This document shows positions 57,082 through 64,000 of a stretch of DNA of 64,000 nt, piece after piece (within the stretch, counting starts at the first letter, position 1; the number at the start of each line of letters is the position of its first letter). The stretch covers positions 14,818,001-14,882,000 of the forward strand of contig OZ024762.1 of NCBI GenBank assembly GCA_964016885.1, written 5' to 3'. Below the pieces are notes generated by a model, which was given only the letters and a program-made list of their open reading frames with translations, searched no databases and had not been told where the DNA came from. The position numbers and the translations under genes are program-made. The stretch comes from Eledone cirrhosa (taxonomy: Eukaryota).

Positions 57082-57165
57082 ATCTCTACCCCCGGCGGTT
57101 TCATTCCATTTTGGGATATATCCGATCTTGGAGAAATCAACGAGGTTTGGAAATCATCAGGAAAC
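57082..57165 (-). ncRNA. Type I HHR with extended stem II
   Basis: GTTTC CTGATGA T-TTCCA...TGGAA-T GAAA CC GCCGGG GG TA GAGAT; stems I-III all pair. Confidence 0.65.
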
Positions 57166-57334
57166 TCAATTTGACAAAGATTTATCTACCATGATCCCCG
57201 CCAGAAACGAATTCAAAATGACTAAGAATCATCAAGTGGCCAGTAGTCAAGGCAGAAAGTTTGTGGTTGGCGCCTGTCGGCGAGTAGGCTGGTTGGTAGA
57301 AAGCGCAGCCGAATACTACCTAAAGTTTAGTATA

Positions 57335-57548
57335 TAAAATTTAAAGGGTATATACATATAAACTAGACAAAGTCATAGATATATATATATGTTTTTGGCA
57401 ACCATTCACGGTGTGGCTCAATGAAGAATTAATTAAATTATATATTTTATCTAATGATTCTATGGACTTACTTTTTTATATATTGCTCTGATTATTAATT
57501 ATTTAATTAATTCTTCATTGAGCCACACCGTGAATGGTTGCCAAAAAA

Positions 57549-57579
<31 letters not shown>

Positions 57580-57617
57580 GACTTTGTCTAGTTTATATGT
57601 ATATACCCTTTAAATTT

Positions 57618-57619
<2 letters not shown>
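57335..57619. repeat. About 105-bp-arm inverted repeat with a 60-bp spacer (family F)
   Basis: 57335-57438 is the reverse complement of 57501-57619, apart from an expanded A/TA run. Confidence 0.85.
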
Positions 57620-57662
<43 letters not shown>

Positions 57663-57894
57663 AGAATCCCGATGTAAATCTAGAGGCGAAAGAAGGTACT
57701 CAATATGTTAATAGAGTATAGATATATTCATTTTATATTCTATAATAATTGTTTCTACTTTTGGCAAAAGGCCAACAATTACACAGTACATTACTGGTAC
57801 TTTATTTTATCGACCCCATAAGGATGAAAGGCAAAGTTAACCTCGACGGGATTTGAACTCAGACCGTAAAGGGGCGTAACTCTACAGCCTATCC

Positions 57895-57947
<53 letters not shown>

Positions 57948-58069
57948 TGATTATATATATATATGTGTGTGTGTGTATGTGTGTGCGTACAAAAAGCAAA
58001 CGTAAACAACAAAGCAAAAGACACAGTACAATGAAGAAATATTTTAGTTTAACGCTTGATATAGTAGGA

Positions 58070-58105
58070 AAAAAGTTTCGAACACTAGTCCTTCATCAGA
58101 AAATA
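58070..58105 (-). ncRNA. Degenerate minimal HHR
   Basis: CTGATGA-A-GGAC-TAGT-GTTC-GAAAC; stems I and III not intact. Confidence 0.4.
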
Positions 58106-58220
58106 GAATGGAAAGATAGAGAATGAAAAGAGGAAGAAACGGAAAAATGTTTTTGAGAAAAAGCACGTGTGTATTCAGTCAGTCATTCTGGTGAAATATA
58201 TATATATATATAATATATAG

Positions 58221-58312
58221 AAAGTGTAGTAAGGAACCAGGTGGACCATAACGCACCAGAACTCTGATCTAGCTGTAGAAACGGCCGGAGCTCAGCCGTC
58301 GGGTTCATGACT
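58221..58312. mobile_element. Rearranged family B element
   Basis: Minus-oriented tail joined to plus-oriented CTGAT..GAAACGGCCGGAGCTCAGCCGTCGGGTTC. Confidence 0.6.
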
Positions 58313-58355
58313 CTTTTTTTTTAAATATATAAATATATATATATATATATCATAA

Positions 58356-58480
58356 TTAAAACAGAAAGAAGTCCCACACACATGAGATCTCTTGGAAGAT
58401 AATTGACAGAGCCAAGCCTTACACCAACAGTAACAAGAAATGTCGCCTATGTCTGAGTGAGAAATTTAGGATATTACAAG
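58356..58480 (+). pseudogene. Fragment of a second PLE GIY-YIG C-terminus
   Basis: From 58381 reads HEISWKIIDRAKPYTNSNKKCRLCLSEKFRIL, paralleling YNISWRKVCSASPY...CNLCLSEKFTII of the 60-61 kb element. Confidence 0.8.
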
Positions 58481-58933
58481 GATTTGTTATCCCTGAACAA
58501 TATTCATTTGAACTCAAAGAGGATGCCTTCATCTCAAAACTCAACAGCTTGCTCAGTGGAAATACTCAACAAATTCGACTGATTTTCAACCATCCCAATT
58601 TAATTTATATGCTTCCATTATATGTTTATTTTTCTTTCCTTTTCCTCACTTACATAATACAATATACTTTATATACTACTCTATGAACACGTGAGGTTCT
58701 CAAATTTCTAATTACATCTCGGAGTTATTTCCCTTTGTTATAATACGTTTTTGTAAACAGGTCGTTTTTAGCAAGTTTTACATTTAACGGTGTCTTATAA
58801 ATTTGTATAAACGCTTGAAGAAAAGCCACTAAATTCATGCCTTTTGTACCTGGAAGTATGGTCAGATTTGGGCCTTGAAACCTTGGGTAGCACTTTTGGT
58901 CCGTGTATGAACATAAATAAATAATATAATATA

Positions 58934-58977
<44 letters not shown>

Positions 58978-59052
58978 CATATACAGGGAGAGAGGGAGAG
59001 AGAGAGGGAGAGAGAGAGAGAGGGAGAGAGAGAGAGAGGGGAGAGAGAGAGA

Positions 59053-59126
<74 letters not shown>

Positions 59127-59491
59127 AGGTGAAGGTGTAAAAAGCAAGGAAAATATATTTTAGGGTCTGCTTTTTCTTTTTTTTTTCCTTTCTTTGATTC
59201 GTCAAAGTGACATTATTTAAAAGATGACATTATTGAAAAAATGAGAGGGACAATTCTTTTAAAAAAAAGTTTTATAATGTATATAAAGTATATAGACATA
59301 ACGCATATAAAGTATTACCAGTTTCGATATATTATTAAAATCCATCATATCAAATGTTGAGTATTACAATTAAAAAGAATTAATAGGAATTAAAAACTAA
59401 AAATTAAAGATTTAAAATTAAGTGTTGGAGTAAGTTTTTTTCCCATCTTCCTTGCTCAGAAGTGGACTGTTTGGTTTAGGTTGGTTTTCGC

Positions 59492-59530
<39 letters not shown>

Positions 59531-59617
59531 GTAGGAGGTGAGTTTTATTGTAGCACAATAAAGCAATGCAAATATCGGATAAGTAACACTCTACAGTTTG
59601 TAGGACTGGAGTATAAA

Positions 59618-59866
59618 TAATATAAGATCAAAAGATGGTTAAAAGAGTTCCAAGTATTTTATTATGCGCATTTCAAAAACAAATATCATCATGAGATGAT
59701 ATTTGCGTTTTCATCAGATAAAATAGGGATACATGATATGAAGGTTAAAAAACACTTGTGAATAGTGAAGTTTTAAATCAACATATGAAAAATAATTTAA
59801 GATTGATGTGTGATATTGGGAATAAAAGAGGTGGGGTGGAAAGCGTAAGGAAGAGGAGGAGATGAG
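59618..59866 (-). repeat. Inverted pseudo-LTR copy at the truncated 5' end of the PLE
   Basis: Reverse complement of 62306-62555; abuts the truncated RT at 59867. Confidence 0.9.
59655..59725 (-). ncRNA. Type I hammerhead ribozyme in the inverted pseudo-LTR
   Basis: Same fold as 62448-62518, with stem III palindrome ATGCGCAT and a perfect CAAATATCATC/GATGATATTTG stem II. Confidence 0.85.
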
Positions 59867-61301
59867 GGTGCTTCCGATTCATCGCAATTGACTGATTTGA
59901 TTGGTATTTTTATTTTGAATTCTTTAAATCGGAATATTCCTCAACTTCGCGGTGGAATTTATCGTGACGATGGACTTTTTACTATCTTAAATTGTAATTT
60001 AGTTAACCTTAATATTATTAAGAACAATATACGTGATCTCTTTAAGCAACATAACCTTAAAATCGAATTTGATAACAACGTTAAACTAGCTAACTTCTTG
60101 GATATATCCCTTAATCTTGACACTGGCCTATATTACCCTTACCATAAAAACAATGAGAATCTAAATTATGTTAATTTTAAATCTAACCACCCCACTAACA
60201 TTAAAAATGCTATAGTCAGTAATATTGGAAAAAGAATATCAAACCTATCCTCTAATAAAAAATATCTTTGATGCTAATGCCAATTACTATAATAATGCGC
60301 TTTCTAAAGCCGGTTATCCTGATAAAATTAAATACAGTAAAGAAACCAATCCTAGTAGGTCTTACAGTCAAATAATTAATTATGATCATTCCAATAACTT
60401 AAATAAAAGACCTAGATACAAAAATATAATCTGGTATAATGCTCCTTTCTCTATTTCTATTAGTAATAATATTCCTAAACTATTTTTTAGGACCTTAGAT
60501 AAATGTTTCCCTCCCTCACATATCTATAGTAAAATCTTTAACAAACACACTATAAAATTTTCTTATTCCACCTCCTCCAACATCTCTAACATTATCTCTA
60601 AACACAACAATAAAATATTAAATATTAAATCACATCCTACCAACACTGAGTGTCATAATAATAGCAGTAGTACTCCCGACGTTATTGTTAACTCTAGGCT
60701 AGATTCTGCAAACTCAAATACGACGTTAAACGTAACTTCGTTAAATGTTCATAATACCAATCTAAATCAGGAAACTATTATTCCTATCGTAAATAACTTC
60801 TCCAATCCAATTCCTCCTATAAATAACACTAGGTCACTTGTTAATAACTCTGTTAATTTCTCTAATCGCAATTGTAATTGCCCTGTAAGAACTAAATGTC
60901 CTCTCAATAACCATTGTCTTGATAAAAACTTAGTCTATGAATGTAAGGTTATAACTGATACCAATTCCTTTACCTATTTCGGTTCCACTTCCACCTCCTT
61001 CAAAGCGAGATTTTATAATCACAATTCGTCTTTTAGATACCAACTTAAAAGAACTAACACGGCACTCTCAGAACTCATATGGTCCTTGAAAGACAAAAAT
61101 ATTAACTATAACATCTCTTGGAGGAAAGTTTGTTCTGCCTCTCCCTACTTGAATGCCTCCCTATCCAGAATATGTAATCTTTGCCTATCTGAGAAATTTA
61201 CCATTATATCTAATTTAAATTCTATAATAAATAGACGCACTGATTTATTTTCTCTCTGCTTGCATAAATTCCACAGAACATTCCATAAAGTATACAGCTA
61301 A
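59867..61301 (+). pseudogene. Penelope-like retroelement RT/GIY-YIG ORF, 5'-truncated, one frameshift near 60257-60262 (possibly Naiad-like clade)
   Basis: In-frame GASDSSQLTDLIG...GGIYRDDGL (RT catalytic YxDD), FLDISLNL, SNHP, then IIWYNAPFS, CNCxxxxxCPLxxxCL, LVY..YFG..FKARFYNH (GIY-YIG) and CNLCLSEK. An extra A in an A-run splits ORFs 59888-60271 and 60225-61301. Clade assignment is from memory of motifs. Confidence 0.92.
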
Positions 61302-62305
61302 TATCTAATACCTTACTAGTTTAAAATCCTTTTTCTCAAAGGCTTATATATATTTTTTTTAAATATACCCATCTTTCTACCTTATTTCAATATTATTTAT
61401 TATATATTATATAATACAAGTTACTCATTCTATATCATTCCTCTTTATCACTTTCCTTCCTTCCTCTTTTCTTTTTTCTTTTTAATTTCTAACCTCTAAT
61501 CTGTACTTTTTCTTCCTAACTACTTCTCAATTCTTATTATTACTCACCACAACATTATCCATTCTTCCATCTTTTTCATATCATTGGCCATAAAAATTAT
61601 TATTATCTTTTTAATACATTAGTCCTTCGTAAACATAAACATTTTTTAACGTTAGATTTTTCTTCCTTAAATTCCTTATCTCTTCCTTTCATGCTCGTTT
61701 GACTTATACATATTACATATTACACTACATAAAAACAAACTTTAACCCTAACTAATTTCTTTTAATATATTATATTATTACCATTAGAAAATATGTCGTA
61801 AACATATATATATTTTTTTTTATGTTAGATATTTTTTCTTCCTTAAACATTCTTTTCTTTGCTTTCTGCGCTCATTTTAAAACAAACTATTTACATATAT
61901 TACGCACACATATTACATTACATAAAAACAAACTTAAACGCTAACTGATTCCTCTAAATTCATAACTCATCCACTCTTCTACTTCTTTTCACATTATATC
62001 CTTAATAACATTAATATTTTTATTTTAATAATACATATTAACAATTTCTTTTCCTCGCACATATTATTAAACCCTTCAATATACAAACCTTAATTTAATA
62101 TTATTCTTAACCTCTTTTTCTCTTCATCAACTTTTAATTTCAAATTATTTTAAATTATCTATCATATTCCAACTACTTTTTAACTTCTCTCTGTGAGACA
62201 ATATATATTTTTCTCAGTTGTAAAGGCTATCTCTCTCTCTCTATCACCCATCTCTCCTCCTCTCTCATCCTTCCTTCTTATACTCCACCCCCACCATTAT
62301 TTACT

Positions 62306-62884
<579 letters not shown>

Positions 62885-63618
62885 TTAATTAAAATTAAGA
62901 CCAAATACTGTTAATTACATCATATTTTAATTAACGCATTCCATCTTACAGTGAAACATATGTAATATGTAATTAAATATGTATATGATACAACACTGAT
63001 GCTTTGTTCCTTTATATTAATACTATATATATATACACACACACACACATATATACACATATTTACACACACACATATATATATATATACACATATACAC
63101 ACATACACATATATATATATATATACACATATATATATACACACACACACACACACATAGATTACGCGTGTTTAAAATATCGTAGCAATTAAAACATTCA
63201 AACAGTAACTGATAGAGCACTCAATACTGGTTGATAAGATTGCAGAAAAAAAATTTCTTCGTAGAAAACTGTCAGGGAATTCGAAGTTTTAATTGGCTCG
63301 ATACATCGTCATGGATTAGACGAGATAAAAAAAATTAAGTTAATTAAAAACATTCTATTCTTCTGAAACATATTTCCTACATGTTTACTACGTGTTTCCT
63401 ACATGTTTTCTACAAGTATAAAAGATAAATGCATAGGAGAGATTTCTTAAAATGATGAAAAACCTTGCTCAAGCTCTATCGTTCCTATATAGATGTGTCT
63501 ATATGTAACAATCAGAGTTTTGACTGGAAGATTTACATATTAAACATGTATTAACAAGGATCACCACACTTAGCTATATTAAATGAATAGACACACACAC
63601 ACATACACATGCATATAT

Positions 63619-64000
63619 AATAATAATGATTTCTTTATTAACCACAAGGGTTTACATAAAGTAGACATTAAGGACAGTGCAGGACAATGCAGGACGGTAC
63701 AAATGGGCATTTCTGCGTGTAAAAAACAAAAACAGAGGGTGTAACAAAAAATAACAATGAAAAATTCCCCAATAGGGGGAGACTTCGGAGGGACATTTGT
63801 GGAGAAAGCCCAGTAAAAAGCCACAATGACCCTGACCACCAAGGCAAGTGCCCTCTCCCAGTTTTCCACCTTTAATTTACAGATATATACTCAGAGTAGG
63901 CCCATTCACTCGGGCCATTCTTGCTTCTCTCACCCATCTTTCAACAAAATGCTGGGAAGAGAGCACTTCCCTCTCTACTCATCAAAGGTGCATGTATAGT
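63619..64000 (-). mobile_element. Probable L1/Tx1-type LINE 3' end, running off the window
   Basis: Minus strand VEREVLSSQHFVERWVREARMARVNGPTLSIYL*, then UTR, AATAAA and a short (ATT)n tail. Family call is from recognition only. Confidence 0.5.

Overview
AT-rich, repeat-dominated animal genomic DNA. The SINE/LINE repertoire resembles octopus/cephalopod repeats, which is an inference from recognition, not a search. No complete host gene is visible. Most ORF-track entries are artefacts of (TA)n/(CA)n/(GA)n microsatellites or minisatellites. Real coding remnants are: a 5'-truncated, frameshifted Penelope-like element (PLE; RT + GIY-YIG, 59867-61301) flanked by inverted pseudo-LTRs; a second GIY-YIG fragment; RTE-type LINE 3' ends; and a probable L1/Tx1 3' end. 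Also present are tRNA-derived SINEs, Tc1/mariner and hAT MITEs, several minisatellites (21, 25, 30, 31, 35, ~66, ~110 bp units), a 200-N gap, two promoter-like motif clusters and one candidate micro-exon. The most striking signal is about 20 short non-coding elements from at least six sequence families, nearly all embedded in (TA)n. They carry type I hammerhead-ribozyme (HHR) folds, mostly with palindromic stem III. Many are fold-back inverted duplications whose pivot lies in or next to the ribozyme. Several share an unusual U.U pair at the base of stem II and a downstream TTGAGTRC motif.
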